Assembly: GCA_002923195.1 (NCBI GenBank)
Contig: BDTH01000074.1
Span: 9,081 to 73,080, forward strand
Origin: a bacterium BMS3Abin15
Lineage (GTDB): Bacteria; Patescibacteriota; Minisyncoccia; Moranbacterales; 2-12-FULL-40-10
Length of the DNA stretch: 64,000 bases
Direction: 5' to 3'
Below are positions 48,301 through 59,067 of this stretch, piece by piece. The notes below the pieces were generated by a model. The model had not been told where the DNA came from. It did no database searches and saw nothing but the letters and a program-made list of their open reading frames with translations. The stretch's first letter is position 1. Every line of letters starts with the position of its first letter. Both the position numbers and the translations under genes were made by a program.

Positions 48301-48333
48301 ATTTGTATATTTGTATTTAATTCGTAATTTGTA
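48301..48333. repeat. 4x ATTYGTA array (right arm)
   Basis: Units at 48301, 48309, 48320 and 48327. Confidence 0.8.
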
Positions 48334-48338
48334 GGAGG

Positions 48339-50339
48339 CTATATTATCAGCCCTGCTATTAGCAATGCTACAATGTTAATAATTTTAATCATCGGGTTAA
48401 TGGCCGGTCCAGCTGTATCCTTGTAAGGATCACCGACTGTATCACCGGTAACTGCCGCTTTATGAGCAAATGAACCCTTGCCTCCAAAGTTTCCCTCCTC
48501 AATATATTTCTTGGCATTATCCCAAGCTCCTCCTCCAGAAGTCATTGATATGGCTACAAAAATACCAGTAATAATTGATCCTACTAAAAGTCCGCCCAAA
48601 GCCTGTGGCCCTAAGAATACTCCTATAATTATAGGAGCCAGTACCGGAATTAAAGCAGGAACGATCATTTCTTTTATCGCTGATTTTGTCACGATATCAA
48701 CGCTGCTGGCATAATCCGGCTTAGTCGTCCCTTCCATAATTCCCTTAATCTCCCTGAACTGCCTTCTCACTTCCTCCACAACTGCGCCAGCTGTTTTGGA
48801 AACCGCCCGCATACTAATTGACGCGAAAAGATAAGGAATCATTCCACCAATAAACAGGCCGACTAAAACATTTACATCGTCTAGTCTGAAAATTGCATTT
48901 TCCATTCCTTTGTCGATAAGCTCCTGGATATAAGAAGCAAAGAGAACTATAGCAGCCAATCCGGCAGAAGCAATGGCGTAACCTTTTGTTACTGCTTTAG
49001 TTGTATTGCCGACAGAATCCAAAGCATCTGTAATTTCACGGACGGAATCATCCATTTTTGACATCTCAGCAATTCCGCCAGCATTGTCTGTAATCGGGCC
49101 AAATGCGTCAATGGCTACAATAATCCCAGCCATTGAAAGCATACTCATCGCTGCTACTGCTATTCCGTAAAGGCCGGCTAGCCAAAACGAGAGGAGTATG
49201 CCAGCTACAATGATTATAACAGGCAAGGCTGTTGATTCCATTCCCATTGCCAATCCCATAATAATATTAGTCCCATGACCGGTTTTCGAAGCCTTGGCTA
49301 TTTCTTTAACCGGCCGGTATTTTTTAGAGGTGTAATATTCAGTAATCAATACCATGCCGGCAGTGATAGCTATTCCGATAATAGAAGCAGCATATATTTT
49401 ATGAAAATCGTATAAGCCATTTCCTTCCATTATAATCTTGGTGATGGGATAGAAGGCAATCAAAGCAATGACTGACGAAGCAATAAGCCCTTTATAAAGC
49501 GCTCCCATTATATTTTTTGACGAACCCAATCTAACAAAGTAAATTCCCAGAATTGACGCTACGATTGAAACCGCTCCCAAAGCCAGCGGGTAAATAACAG
49601 CGTTGCTGAAAGCGGCGAAAGTAAAAGATCCCAAAAGCATGGCAGCAATAGCAGTTATGGCATAAGTTTCAAATAAATCAGCTGCCATCCCAGCGCAGTC
49701 TCCGACATTATCTCCCACGTTATCGGCAATAACAGCCGGGTTGCGGGGATCGTCTTCCGGAATACCGGCTTCCACTTTTCCAACCAGGTCGGCTCCTACA
49801 TCGGCCGCTTTGGTATAAATGCCTCCGCCTAGCCGGGCAAAAACGCTGATTAAGCTTCCGCCAAATCCCACTCCAATTAAAGCACTCAGATCTTTTCCTC
49901 CAGACAAAATATAAAATCCAGTCACTACCAAAAGTCCCAATCCGACTACCAGCAATCCAGTCACCGCTCCTCCTTCAAATGCAACTTTCAAAGCTTTTCC
50001 CAGTCCGCTTTTAGCCGCTTCAGCAGTACGAACATTAGCTCTAACTGCAATATTCATTCCGATATAACCGGCAATAGCCGAAGCTATAGCCCCGACCAGA
50101 AATCCTATCCCAGTGCTAAGCCCCAAGGTAAAATAAAGAATGGCAAAAATAATTAATGCTACATAAGCCACCGTTTTATATTGGCGATTCAGATAGGCTT
50201 TAGCTCCCTCACGGATAGCGTTAGAAATCTCAACCATTTTTCCTTCTCCCTCCGGATACTTTTTAACTTTCCGAGCGAGATAAAAAGCGAATGCTATTGA
50301 TATTAATGATGCGGCAATCGCGTATGCTTCTACTGACAT
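48339..50339 (-). CDS. hppA: Membrane-bound pyrophosphatase, K+-independent H+-pumping type
   Basis: [20 protein letters not shown] and [10 protein letters not shown]; GNTTK lysine marks K+-independent enzymes. Confidence 0.93.
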   Translation of the reverse strand: MSVEAYAIAASLISIAFAFYLARKVKKYPEGEGKMVEISNAIREGAKAYLNRQYKTVAYVALIIFAILYFTLGLSTGIGFLVGAIASAIAGYIGMNIAVRANVRTAEAAKSGLGKALKVAFEGGAVTGLLVVGLGLLVVTGFYILSGGKDLSALIGVGFGGSLISVFARLGGGIYTKAADVGADLVGKVEAGIPEDDPRNPAVIADNVGDNVGDCAGMAADLFETYAITAIAAMLLGSFTFAAFSNAVIYPLALGAVSIVASILGIYFVRLGSSKNIMGALYKGLIASSVIALIAFYPITKIIMEGNGLYDFHKIYAASIIGIAITAGMVLITEYYTSKKYRPVKEIAKASKTGHGTNIIMGLAMGMESTALPVIIIVAGILLSFWLAGLYGIAVAAMSMLSMAGIIVAIDAFGPITDNAGGIAEMSKMDDSVREITDALDSVGNTTKAVTKGYAIASAGLAAIVLFASYIQELIDKGMENAIFRLDDVNVLVGLFIGGMIPYLFASISMRAVSKTAGAVVEEVRRQFREIKGIMEGTTKPDYASSVDIVTKSAIKEMIVPALIPVLAPIIIGVFLGPQALGGLLVGSIITGIFVAISMTSGGGAWDNAKKYIEEGNFGGKGSFAHKAAVTGDTVGDPYKDTAGPAINPMIKIINIVALLIAGLII

Positions 50340-50371
50340 AGATTCTTATCGTTTAATTATTAGAAAGCTTA

Positions 50372-51793
50372 TTATTCATCTTCTTTTTTAGGATCTTTCT
50401 TTTTACCTGCCCCGCTGTCATCTTTGGATGATTTTGCGGGGTCTTTTTTGGCAGTTTCTTTTTTTACTTCTTTCTTACTTTCCTTTTTGACATCTTTTTC
50501 TTTTTCATCTGCCTCGTTGGCATCGCTAGATGATTTTTCGGGGTCCTTGTCCCTTTTGCCTTCTTTGTCTTCGTCTTCTTCTTTACTAGCACCAGAAACA
50601 TTTATTTTCCACCCGGTAAGCTTAGCAGCTAAACGCACATTCTGACCTTGTTTTCCAATAGCTAAAGACAGCTGGTCATCCGGCACCGAAACTTCTGACT
50701 CCCTTTCTTTTTCCCTTAGTTCCACAGAAAGAACCTTAGCCGGACTCAAAGAAGCACTGATAAACTTTTCCACATCTTCACTCCATTCAATTATATCTAT
50801 TTTTTCTCCTCCAATCTCGTCAATAACCGCTTGCACACGAGTTCCTTTTTGGCCGACACAAGACCCAATTGGATCTATGCCATTTTCCGTAGAAGCCACG
50901 GCTATCTTAGTTCGAAATCCTGCTTCCCTGGCAATAGCTTTTATTTCCACAGTCCCGGCAAAAATTTCAGGGACTTCCAGTTCAAAAAGTTTGCGCACCA
51001 TTTCCGGATGAGTACGGCTTAGAGATATGCCTGGCCCCTTGGGATCGGATTCCACCCTCATTATATGAACTTTAACTCGTTGTCCTATTCTATAATTCTC
51101 ACCCCTTATTTGTTCTGAAGGAAAGAGAACGCCCACTGATTTACCCAAATCAACAAAAACATTGCGTCCCTCTACTCGCTGAACAACTCCACTGATTACT
51201 TCTCCTTCTTTTTCTTTATATTCCTCAAACATTGAATCGCGTTCTGCTTCTCGGATGCGCTGAATTATAACTTGTTTGGCAGTCTGAGCAGCTACTCGTC
51301 CGTAATCTTCCTTGGATTCCAGTTTAGTTTCAATCACATCTCCAAGTTTAATGCTTTTCTTAGTTTTTTTGGCATCTTCCAGTGTGATGTCTCGTTCCAG
51401 ATTAAAACGCGGGAGTTTTTCCTCGTCACCTTCACTTTCTTTTGAGGGTTCTTTCTTTTGTCTAACGCGTTCTGCGGTCGGACCTCTGTCTTCGCTTTCA
51501 GCGAGCGCCTGAGCTTCCTCCTCTGGATCAACAAATTCTCGAGTAGATTCATCCACTACTTCTTTAACTAAATAAAACTTAGTATCTCCTGATACTTCAT
51601 TAAATTCGGCCCTGATGTTCTGGCCCTTTTTGCCATAATCTTTCTTATAAGCAGCCGCTAAAGCTATTTCTATTGTTTCAATGACCTTTTCTTTAGAGAT
51701 TCCTTTTTCGTCAGCTATTTGCATGATAGCACTAGCAAACTCACCCATGCGCATGCTGGAATCTTGATCATTTGTTTTTTTCTTTTTTGCCAT
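50372..51793 (-). CDS. nusA: Transcription termination factor NusA with a Lys/acidic C-terminal tail
   Basis: GRVAAQTAKQV, LEVPEI, AREAG and SLAIGKQGQNVRLA. Confidence 0.96.
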   Translation of the reverse strand: MAKKKKTNDQDSSMRMGEFASAIMQIADEKGISKEKVIETIEIALAAAYKKDYGKKGQNIRAEFNEVSGDTKFYLVKEVVDESTREFVDPEEEAQALAESEDRGPTAERVRQKKEPSKESEGDEEKLPRFNLERDITLEDAKKTKKSIKLGDVIETKLESKEDYGRVAAQTAKQVIIQRIREAERDSMFEEYKEKEGEVISGVVQRVEGRNVFVDLGKSVGVLFPSEQIRGENYRIGQRVKVHIMRVESDPKGPGISLSRTHPEMVRKLFELEVPEIFAGTVEIKAIAREAGFRTKIAVASTENGIDPIGSCVGQKGTRVQAVIDEIGGEKIDIIEWSEDVEKFISASLSPAKVLSVELREKERESEVSVPDDQLSLAIGKQGQNVRLAAKLTGWKINVSGASKEEDEDKEGKRDKDPEKSSSDANEADEKEKDVKKESKKEVKKETAKKDPAKSSKDDSGAGKKKDPKKEDE

Positions 51794-52057
51794 AATTGTC
51801 TACGAGTTGTGCGAGTAGCTACCCGCATCAATTCTCTTATTAAGTTTTGATTAATATATGACTAAACCGCATCCCGTTTCGCCGTGGCGGGAGAATTTAG
51901 TGCGAGGTCGCCAATAAAATATATATCTAATTAATTGTATTAAAAATAAAAGTCCGCTTTCGCGAACTGTCATTAACTGTATTACATTATGATTATAGCA
52001 AGCTACATAATTTTGTCAATTATGCAGTAAAATAATGCTTTTGAACACAGGGATTGC

Positions 52058-52083
52058 GCGGCTCAATCGAACGATTGAGCCGC
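52058..52083. repeat. GC-rich palindrome in the nusA/SPFH divergent region
   Basis: GCGGCTCAATCG-AA-CGATTGAGCCGC. Confidence 0.7.
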
Positions 52084-52209
52084 AAAATAAGCTCCATTTT
52101 AGACATTTCCAGCTATTTGACACATTTCCCGTTTTATGCTAATATTGAGCGTTGCTAGTTGTACTAGTAATGAAGGTCAAAAATGGGCCTTCGGCCCTTT
52201 AAAAATTCA

Positions 52210-52244
52210 CCCCGTGATTTCATTTTTATGAAATTCTTACGGGG
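52210..52244. mobile_element. 35-bp CCCYG-family inverted-repeat element
   Basis: CCCCGTGATTTCAT...ATGAAATTCTTACGGGG. Confidence 0.55.
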
Positions 52245-52287
52245 CTAAATAAATTCAAAATTGCCAATACGGCAGAAGGAGGAGAAA

Positions 52288-53364
52288 ATGCTTAAAGGAT
52301 TAGGTAATTTACTGAAAGGATTTTTTACCAAGCCTGAGAAAACTTCCGGGTCCGCAAAATCTGCTGAAAAGAAAGCGGAAGAAGAGAAGAAAAAATACGA
52401 TGTAGGTAAGATACCCAGATGGCTGAAAGACTTAGGATACATAGTTTTCCTAGGCGGATCACTACTGTTCGTTATTCTGGGATCAATAATTGGACATATC
52501 TTTGAATATGCCAGTGAAGGTGCCGTGTCAGGATTGATTCTGTGGAGCTCTATCTATATAGCTCTCGGAATTGATATAGTTCCCCAAAAAATGTCCCGCG
52601 TGTACGAACGATTTGGCAAACCGGTAAAAATTAACCGTGCGGGTCCTCACCTAACATGCCTCAAGGGAATTATTGACAAGTTAGCAGTAGAAGTGTCGCA
52701 CCAGTATCATGTAACTAATCTCTTTACTGGGAAGGAGGGAGATCCGTCTCCCAAGATAGATTTTGCAGAAGGTACTACCGCTAAAATATGCGCCGAAACT
52801 TGGTGGAGAGTAGAGGATACTATTGATTCGATTTTGAGATTCGCATACGAAGTTTCAGATCCGGAGGGATTTATCCGCCAACAGTTTGATACACTTATAA
52901 GACCACACTTACAAAAACATTCTGCCGATGAAGCACAGCTTCAGAAAAATGAAATTGCCAGCAAAATAATAGAAGAACTTTCACCAAGAATAGCTGAACT
53001 TACAGGTATTGAGCTCGAGCCGATAAAGGGACTATTGATAAGAGATATTGAACTTCCTGAAAAAGTAGTAAACCAGAGATTTAAACGACTTGAGGGAACA
53101 ACAGAGGCTGAGAAAGACATACATCGTGGCAAAGGATATATAAATGCGATCCTGGCTATCAAAGAAGCAGCTAAAAAAGATGGGACAGATATTGACCTTG
53201 GTCAAGCTCAGAGAATATTTGAGCGCCAACGTGGTTTAGAAACCATTGAAAAAACAGGTGCTAATGTAACTTTCATCTCACCGGGTATTGGCGGCGTGTT
53301 AAAGACACTTGATATTGCACCTGAGAGAAAATACGACAAAAAAAGAAAGGAGAAAACGGCATGA
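52288..53364 (+). CDS. SPFH/Band 7 domain membrane protein
   Basis: Two TM helices, then IVPQ...VYERFGK...GPH and LIRDIELP; AGGAGGAG SD. Confidence 0.8.
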   Translation: MLKGLGNLLKGFFTKPEKTSGSAKSAEKKAEEEKKKYDVGKIPRWLKDLGYIVFLGGSLLFVILGSIIGHIFEYASEGAVSGLILWSSIYIALGIDIVPQKMSRVYERFGKPVKINRAGPHLTCLKGIIDKLAVEVSHQYHVTNLFTGKEGDPSPKIDFAEGTTAKICAETWWRVEDTIDSILRFAYEVSDPEGFIRQQFDTLIRPHLQKHSADEAQLQKNEIASKIIEELSPRIAELTGIELEPIKGLLIRDIELPEKVVNQRFKRLEGTTEAEKDIHRGKGYINAILAIKEAAKKDGTDIDLGQAQRIFERQRGLETIEKTGANVTFISPGIGGVLKTLDIAPERKYDKKRKEKTA

Positions 53365-53996
53365 ACGGATTAATTATTGTTGCGGCGTCACTGGTTATAG
53401 GCACGACAATTATCATTGTATCCGTGCTACGCCAAACAAGAAGCAAGAAGGTACCGGTAACTGAACTTAAGGATAAGTCCGTAGAAACCTCAGCTAAGAC
53501 TGACTCTTCAGCTAAGAAAAAGTTTTCATGGGCTTTCTTGGGAAAGTCCTGGGGAACAATTAAGGGGCTGACTATAGCAACGGTGATTATTGTCGCGATA
53601 ACTTTCCTGATCATTCTGCCTGTACACTCCTCGCTGACCAAGACCAAGATAGTTTCTTATTATCCTGCCGCAGGCACCCAAACGGTCTGTATTGGAAAGG
53701 AAAGTCAAAAAGTACATGTCAAAGTGGGAATAACCTACTATGAAATTCCCAGACTTGGCAGAACGTTAAAAAACAGAATGTCGGTTTCCACACTGGGAGA
53801 GTGGCCAAATTCAGAGACGAAGAAACTTTTACCCGTTAAGCATCGCAAATACGGGGAAGTATTGGTAAGCAGTCAGCCCAACAACTCCATAGTGAAGCTG
53901 GATTCTGATGGCTGCATCGAAGTTAAACTTAATCTTCCCGAGATGGTAAAAACTATCAGAGGAAGTAAAACAAGACTGCAATTTACAAAATTGTAA
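53361..53996 (+). CDS. Membrane hypothetical protein
   Basis: Two TM helices; ATGA overlap with the SPFH gene; terminator at about 54006-54033. Confidence 0.65.
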   Translation: MNGLIIVAASLVIGTTIIIVSVLRQTRSKKVPVTELKDKSVETSAKTDSSAKKKFSWAFLGKSWGTIKGLTIATVIIVAITFLIILPVHSSLTKTKIVSYYPAAGTQTVCIGKESQKVHVKVGITYYEIPRLGRTLKNRMSVSTLGEWPNSETKKLLPVKHRKYGEVLVSSQPNNSIVKLDSDGCIEVKLNLPEMVKTIRGSKTRLQFTKL

Positions 53997-54060
53997 GACA
54001 CAAAAAGAGGCGTATTCAATTGAATACGCCTCTTAAATTTGTTAAATAAAGTTATTCTGG

Positions 54061-54888
54061 CTAACCAGAAACAAAGAACGTAGCAACCTGACTGACAATT
54101 ACCAACGCGGCCATAGCAATTATAATCCCAATAACAGACCATTTGAAAATATTTTTCCCTTTAGTTATTCTTTCTTCATCTCCGGCCGATGTAAGATACA
54201 TTATTCCGCCTACTACCAACATTATAAGGGCCAGTATCCCTACAATAGAAAGGAGGAACTGAAGGGTACTAAGCGCTATTACGGCTAAAGTAGGCGACGT
54301 GGTTAAGACATCAATGCACTGCTGTTGAGCAATAGGGTCCGTGATAGACTGGCAGGCTTCCATTTTACTTGCATCGTCCCATCCTATAATATCCGAGACT
54401 TCATGCAGGAATGATGGGGCAGCTATTCCAATTGCCAGACCGATTACTGAAGCAGTAATAGCTTTCTTAGCCATTTCCATTCGTTTTTCATTTCCAGCGG
54501 AAGTTATGTAAAAAATTGCTCCGACTATGATAAATATAACAGAAACAACCACGATTATGCCCTGCAGGGCATTTAGTAAGCTAGCTAGTACTCCTTCCAC
54601 AGTGCTGAATTTTAATGGATTAGGAAAATCAATCGGGGCGGTAGCTCCTGTGCCAGGATCAGTGACTAGAACGCAACATTTTACACCAAGATCACAAGTT
54701 ATTGTAGGACTTGACCCCCTATCACTAAACCTTGAGCAATCACCCCCAACACCGCATAGTCCGTTAGCAGCAATACATTCAGTAGTAGTGGCTTTGGTTG
54801 CGGGAGCACCTACGAAAAAAAGCAAAAAAACAGACAATAGAAAGGTGGCTGCTAAAAATTTTTTAGAAAACAAAAGAGATTTTTTCAT
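54061..54888 (-). CDS. VirB2/TrbC-like pilin with two pilin units and a Cys-rich head
   Basis: Two GxxYxTSAG(N/D)E...(A/G)K units; signal peptide; six-Cys module. Confidence 0.8.
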   Translation of the reverse strand: MKKSLLFSKKFLAATFLLSVFLLFFVGAPATKATTTECIAANGLCGVGGDCSRFSDRGSSPTITCDLGVKCCVLVTDPGTGATAPIDFPNPLKFSTVEGVLASLLNALQGIIVVVSVIFIIVGAIFYITSAGNEKRMEMAKKAITASVIGLAIGIAAPSFLHEVSDIIGWDDASKMEACQSITDPIAQQQCIDVLTTSPTLAVIALSTLQFLLSIVGILALIMLVVGGIMYLTSAGDEERITKGKNIFKWSVIGIIIAMAALVIVSQVATFFVSG

Positions 54889-54898
54889 AAAACTTCTA

Positions 54899-55336
54899 TT
54901 AAAAATACGGAGTGCTTGCATCAAGCGCTTCGGTAATGGCCCATATTATCACCAAGCCGGAAATACCCACAATTACTCCGATTACTGACCATCTCATATT
55001 TCTTTTGGCTGTTTCAATCATTTTTTCATCCCCAGCTGAAGTCAGATACTGAATTCCGGAAATTACAAAGGCGATTATGGCAATAAACCCGAATATCCCC
55101 AAGACCCAGGATAGAAAGTTAGCCATAATATCGATAACAGGTGCTTCAGATAGTCCGGTTTCTGTAGGAAAACATACACCTGCCTCCTTTTCAAAGCTAT
55201 CTGGACATTCACTAGCGCCAGGATTAGTAATCTGTGCATTTGCTAAATTAGAGAAGAATAAAACGCCAGAAAAAATCAGTATGACAGCAATGATAAAAAA
55301 TTTTGATTTATTGCTTGTTTTAGTTTTTGTTTTCAT
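54899..55336 (-). CDS. VirB2/TrbC-like pilin
   Basis: SGIQYLTSAGDEKMIETAKR between hydrophobic helices. Confidence 0.8.
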   Translation of the reverse strand: MKTKTKTSNKSKFFIIAVILIFSGVLFFSNLANAQITNPGASECPDSFEKEAGVCFPTETGLSEAPVIDIMANFLSWVLGIFGFIAIIAFVISGIQYLTSAGDEKMIETAKRNMRWSVIGVIVGISGLVIIWAITEALDASTPYF

Positions 55337-55356
55337 GATAATTAACAAGTTAATAT

Positions 55357-55749
55357 TTAGCAGATTTTAACAAACGGCAGTATATAAAAGCACCCATCTA
55401 GTAGGGCGGTAACCTCCTGGAGTATAATCAGGCCGGCAAGAGCTGTGATTACTCCATATATTGACCATTTCATATTTCTTTTGGCTGTTTCAATTGCAGT
55501 TTCATTGCCAGCTGAAGTCAGATACTGGATACCAGAAATAGAAAAAGCAATTATGGCTATTATGCCTATTATGGAAAGTATCCACATCATAATCTTTTCA
55601 ACTATGTCATAAATTCTCCCTTCGGGAAGACCGTAATTCCCATAGTTGGCCGGATCCCATGCTTCTCCCTGAGCCTGCACAACACACATCCCAACAAAAA
55701 ACAGAAGGATGATAGTAAAAACCAATAATGTTAAGCGTGACTTGTTCAT
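55357..55749 (-). CDS. VirB2/TrbC-like pilin
   Basis: SGIQYLTSAGNETAIETAKR. Confidence 0.8.
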   Translation of the reverse strand: MNKSRLTLLVFTIILLFFVGMCVVQAQGEAWDPANYGNYGLPEGRIYDIVEKIMMWILSIIGIIAIIAFSISGIQYLTSAGNETAIETAKRNMKWSIYGVITALAGLIILQEVTALLDGCFYILPFVKIC

Positions 55750-55919
55750 TTTACTTTTAAGAAATTTATTGATGTTTATATTATATCACACCTAATCTTA
55801 TATAAAAACACTGTGTGGATAACTGCGCCCTTACACATAATAGAGAAGTAAAAAAGTAAAAACGACTCAAATAAAGAGCCGCTTTTACCCTGAAAATTTT
55901 ATTAAAGTCAGTATAAAAA

Positions 55920-56279
55920 CTAGAATGTGGTTTCGCCTCCTCCAAGCCATGCATTAACAGCTTGTAATATCACTAAGCCTACTAATGCCACTATTACACC
56001 GATAATTGACATTATCATTGCTTTCTTAGCCTGACTGACTCTATCTTCATTTCCCGCTGCAGTTAGATACAAGATTCCCGCGATTGCAAAACCGATAACT
56101 CCGATAACTCCGACTAAGGCCAACAGCCATTTCATCAAATTACTAATGATATTGAAGACGGTACCTCCAGGAAGATTGGTATTATCTGGAGCAGCATACT
56201 GTGCCAAAACTACTACTGGAGCCAGCAACAGTCCTGAAGAAACAGTATAGGCAATTTTTTTGATTTTGTTTTTCATCAT
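55920..56279 (-). CDS. VirB2/TrbC-like pilin (strong SD, own terminator; possibly the major pilin)
   Basis: AGILYLTAAGNEDRVSQAKK; AAAGGAGGT SD. Confidence 0.8.
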   Translation of the reverse strand: MMKNKIKKIAYTVSSGLLLAPVVVLAQYAAPDNTNLPGGTVFNIISNLMKWLLALVGVIGVIGFAIAGILYLTAAGNEDRVSQAKKAMIMSIIGVIVALVGLVILQAVNAWLGGGETTF

Positions 56280-56377
56280 CCCACCTCCTTTCAACAGGAA
56301 AGTTAATTAAAACTTATCCCTTACTTTTGTTTTATTAACGAGTACTACAATTTATGCAATTATTATAATCCCTCTCC

Positions 56378-56468
56378 TACAAATGTACAAATACGCTACA
56401 AATATACAAATGTGAAACACTGGCTATATTTGTTATTTGTGGATTTGTAAAAGATTTGTAAATTCGCG
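56378..56468. repeat. Gene-less mirror-array element
   Basis: TACAAAT at 56378, 56386, 56397 and 56405 facing ATTYGYR at 56435, 56443, 56454 and 56462. Confidence 0.8.
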
Positions 56469-56534
56469 GGAAGCCTATATTTTTAAGTATGAAAACACGC
56501 AATCATTATTTTCATTATAACACATACAAAAAGT

Positions 56535-56804
56535 CTAGGAAATAAAGTTAGCCACAGTTCTTACTATTATTAAAACTGCAAAAATGACAACGGTTCCAAT
56601 TATAAAATAAGTAAAAGATTTTTTGGCTTTTTCCATCATGGACTCATTGCCGCCAGCTGTCAGATACATAATTCCCGATAATAAGGACATTATTATAGCA
56701 ATAATTCCCACCACTGTTAAAAGAAAATTGAAAAATCTAAGAAGGACTTCGGCCAAACTTGGAGCGTCCGATATAACACCAGCCTGGGCAACTTCGTAAA
56801 ACAT
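56535..56804 (-). CDS. VirB2/TrbC-like pilin
   Basis: SGIMYLTAGGNESMMEKAKK. Confidence 0.75.
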   Translation of the reverse strand: MFYEVAQAGVISDAPSLAEVLLRFFNFLLTVVGIIAIIMSLLSGIMYLTAGGNESMMEKAKKSFTYFIIGTVVIFAVLIIVRTVANFIS

Positions 56805-56829
56805 AATTCGATATTAAATGTTTTGATTA

Positions 56830-58152
56830 TTATTTCCTCATCAACTGATTTATTCTTGTTTCGGCAATCTTTAGAGCGTCCCTGATAGTGATACTGCCTT
56901 TGTTGACTGAGTCAATTGCTTCCGCTAAAATCTTTTCATTCTCTTCCGGATCCACCTGGTACCAGCTCTTGGCAATTAGGTTGCCGTAAGCAAATGGACC
57001 TAAGATAGGATCGCTTTTTTGTTCCTCTATTATATCACGTCTGGCAGCCGGCTTTCCTGTTATGTCTAAATAATTCTTGGCCGGATCAAAATCTACAGCA
57101 AATTCTTTAGTGTTTCCGCTAAGTGCATTGCCAAGTATAACTTTTCCATTATTTTTAACAGTCAGGAATTTTAAAAACTGTTGGGCTTCATAAGTAGCTT
57201 CATTACTTTTACCTTTGGCTGATGCAAATCCCCAATAATTAGCGTAGTTTACCGGCTGTCCAGAAGACGGCTGAGGAACAGGAGCGACCGCAAAATTAAG
57301 CTTTGCATTTTTGCTTTTGACAGTGCTGTAGTGCCAAGAGTAGTTTATCATCATAGCGGCTGTACTTTCATAAAATGAATCAATAGAATCATGCTTACTT
57401 GAATTCCAAGTGTAAAGCGGAGAATTAGAGCGAGCAAATTTGGTGTAGTATTCCATTGCTACTCTTCCCTGGTCATTATTAAGGGTAACCCTCCCCTTGT
57501 CGTTAATCATCTGGTTCCCATTCTGAAACATACGCAATCCCAGAATATCAGTAGAGCGATTAATATTATAAGCTGTTCCCATAGCTGCTCCTGACAGAGT
57601 TGGATTATTATATTGATCTATTTTGGTAAGCTTTTTAACAGCTTCGTCAAACTTTTCCCAGGTATCAGGAGGAGAGGCAATACCTTCAGCATTAAATAAG
57701 TCTTTATTGTAATACAAGGCCAACGAATCAACACTTAGGGGCAACGCATAAATTTGCCCTTCGCTTATAAAATCATCAATTGCCACATCTACAAAATTCT
57801 GGCGAAATTCCTGTTCGCCTAGAATATTATTTGAAATAGGCTCTATTTTATTTTTAAAAGACGGCAGCCAGTCATTATGAATTAGAAAAATATCCGGACC
57901 ATTGCCTGCGGCCATAGCACCTATAAGATCCTGCTTATAGTTCTGCTCCGTAAGCTTCTTATAATCTATGTCTCCTATATGAGGATTTATTTCTCTGAAA
58001 TTTTTGATAATCTCACGAAAAGAATCGGAGTCATCAAAGACGCCCCATATTACCAGATCGACTCTGTAATTGGTATTCTTCCCACATCCCGAAATAAAAA
58101 ATATGGAGGAAGTTATTAATATTGCTATTATTATTTTTATTTTTCTGCTCAT
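56830..58152 (-). CDS. Extracellular solute-binding lipoprotein (sugar-binding family 1)
   Basis: Lipobox ISGC, GNGPDIF, YALP, LALYYNKDLF and PPDTWE. Confidence 0.88.
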   Translation of the reverse strand: MSRKIKIIIAILITSSIFFISGCGKNTNYRVDLVIWGVFDDSDSFREIIKNFREINPHIGDIDYKKLTEQNYKQDLIGAMAAGNGPDIFLIHNDWLPSFKNKIEPISNNILGEQEFRQNFVDVAIDDFISEGQIYALPLSVDSLALYYNKDLFNAEGIASPPDTWEKFDEAVKKLTKIDQYNNPTLSGAAMGTAYNINRSTDILGLRMFQNGNQMINDKGRVTLNNDQGRVAMEYYTKFARSNSPLYTWNSSKHDSIDSFYESTAAMMINYSWHYSTVKSKNAKLNFAVAPVPQPSSGQPVNYANYWGFASAKGKSNEATYEAQQFLKFLTVKNNGKVILGNALSGNTKEFAVDFDPAKNYLDITGKPAARRDIIEEQKSDPILGPFAYGNLIAKSWYQVDPEENEKILAEAIDSVNKGSITIRDALKIAETRINQLMRK

Positions 58153-58181
58153 GGTAGTGTTTAGTAATTGACTTGCTGGCC

Positions 58182-58733
58182 TTAACCCTTAGTGGCGATA
58201 AGCCCGTAATGAAAATCGCCAGCATCCACTTTTTCTTCAATTCTGAATCTCTGGCCTTCAACAAACTTTTCTAGCTCTTCGGATGATATTCTTATTCCTT
58301 TGTCCGGCCCAACGGATAGATTTCTGTCCCCCCATTCTATAACTAAAATTTTTCCCCCTGGCTTTAAGATTCGATGAGCCTCTTTTAGGACAACCTCCTT
58401 ATTTTTATTCTGAAAAAGCATGTCTTTTAATATCACCCAATCGATACTCCCTTCTTCTAGTCCAGATCCTTTTTCTTTTTCTAAATTAACCCTTTTAGTA
58501 ACTATATTGGAAATTCCCCCGATCTTTGCTTGACTTTCCACTGATTCCAATGCCTGAGGCAAAACATCAAGGGAATATAACTTCCCTTCCTCAATAGCTC
58601 TGGCGATAGGAATTGAAAAATATCCCGATCCACATCCAAAATCAGCCACAATACTGTCTTTGGATATGCTTATTTTACTTATAATAGCATCGGGATTAAT
58701 AAATTTGTCCGTCAAAGCGATTTTGTCCTCCAT
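58182..58733 (-). CDS. Class I SAM-dependent methyltransferase
   Basis: VADFGCGSG and RILKPGG. Confidence 0.9.
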   Translation of the reverse strand: MEDKIALTDKFINPDAIISKISISKDSIVADFGCGSGYFSIPIARAIEEGKLYSLDVLPQALESVESQAKIGGISNIVTKRVNLEKEKGSGLEEGSIDWVILKDMLFQNKNKEVVLKEAHRILKPGGKILVIEWGDRNLSVGPDKGIRISSEELEKFVEGQRFRIEEKVDAGDFHYGLIATKG

Positions 58734-58805
58734 ATTTAACGTTAAAACTTTAATAAGATTGCTAGTTTCTGTTAAAATTCTACAACAAAAAGACGAAATA
58801 GTAAA

Positions 58806-59060
58806 CTATTTATTCTCCATCCCCGCATTTTTTAATGCTTTATTAATTTTAGTATTTTCTTTTTCTATTGCATCTTGGATATTTTCTTCGGCCCCTTTTT
58901 TAATATTAACCATGCCTGGCAAATACCCGGGGTATTCATCTTTCTGGACTTCCTGTTCCTCGACGTTCCGTTCTCTGTTAAATAAGCGTCCATTAAAATA
59001 TAAATAAAGACTCACCATGAATGATGCTAGCAGAAGATAAACTATAATTTTTTTATTCAT
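58806..59060 (-). CDS. Small membrane-anchored hypothetical protein
   Basis: 84 aa with an N-terminal TM helix; co-oriented in the operon. Confidence 0.6.
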   Translation of the reverse strand: MNKKIIVYLLLASFMVSLYLYFNGRLFNRERNVEEQEVQKDEYPGYLPGMVNIKKGAEENIQDAIEKENTKINKALKNAGMENK

Positions 59061-59067
59061 GAATAAA

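Noticed and set aside
50372-50580. Repeated DP(A/E)KSS units in the NusA tail as a mobile element
   Set aside because: Direct, low-complexity repeats in a charged tail with no inverted termini.
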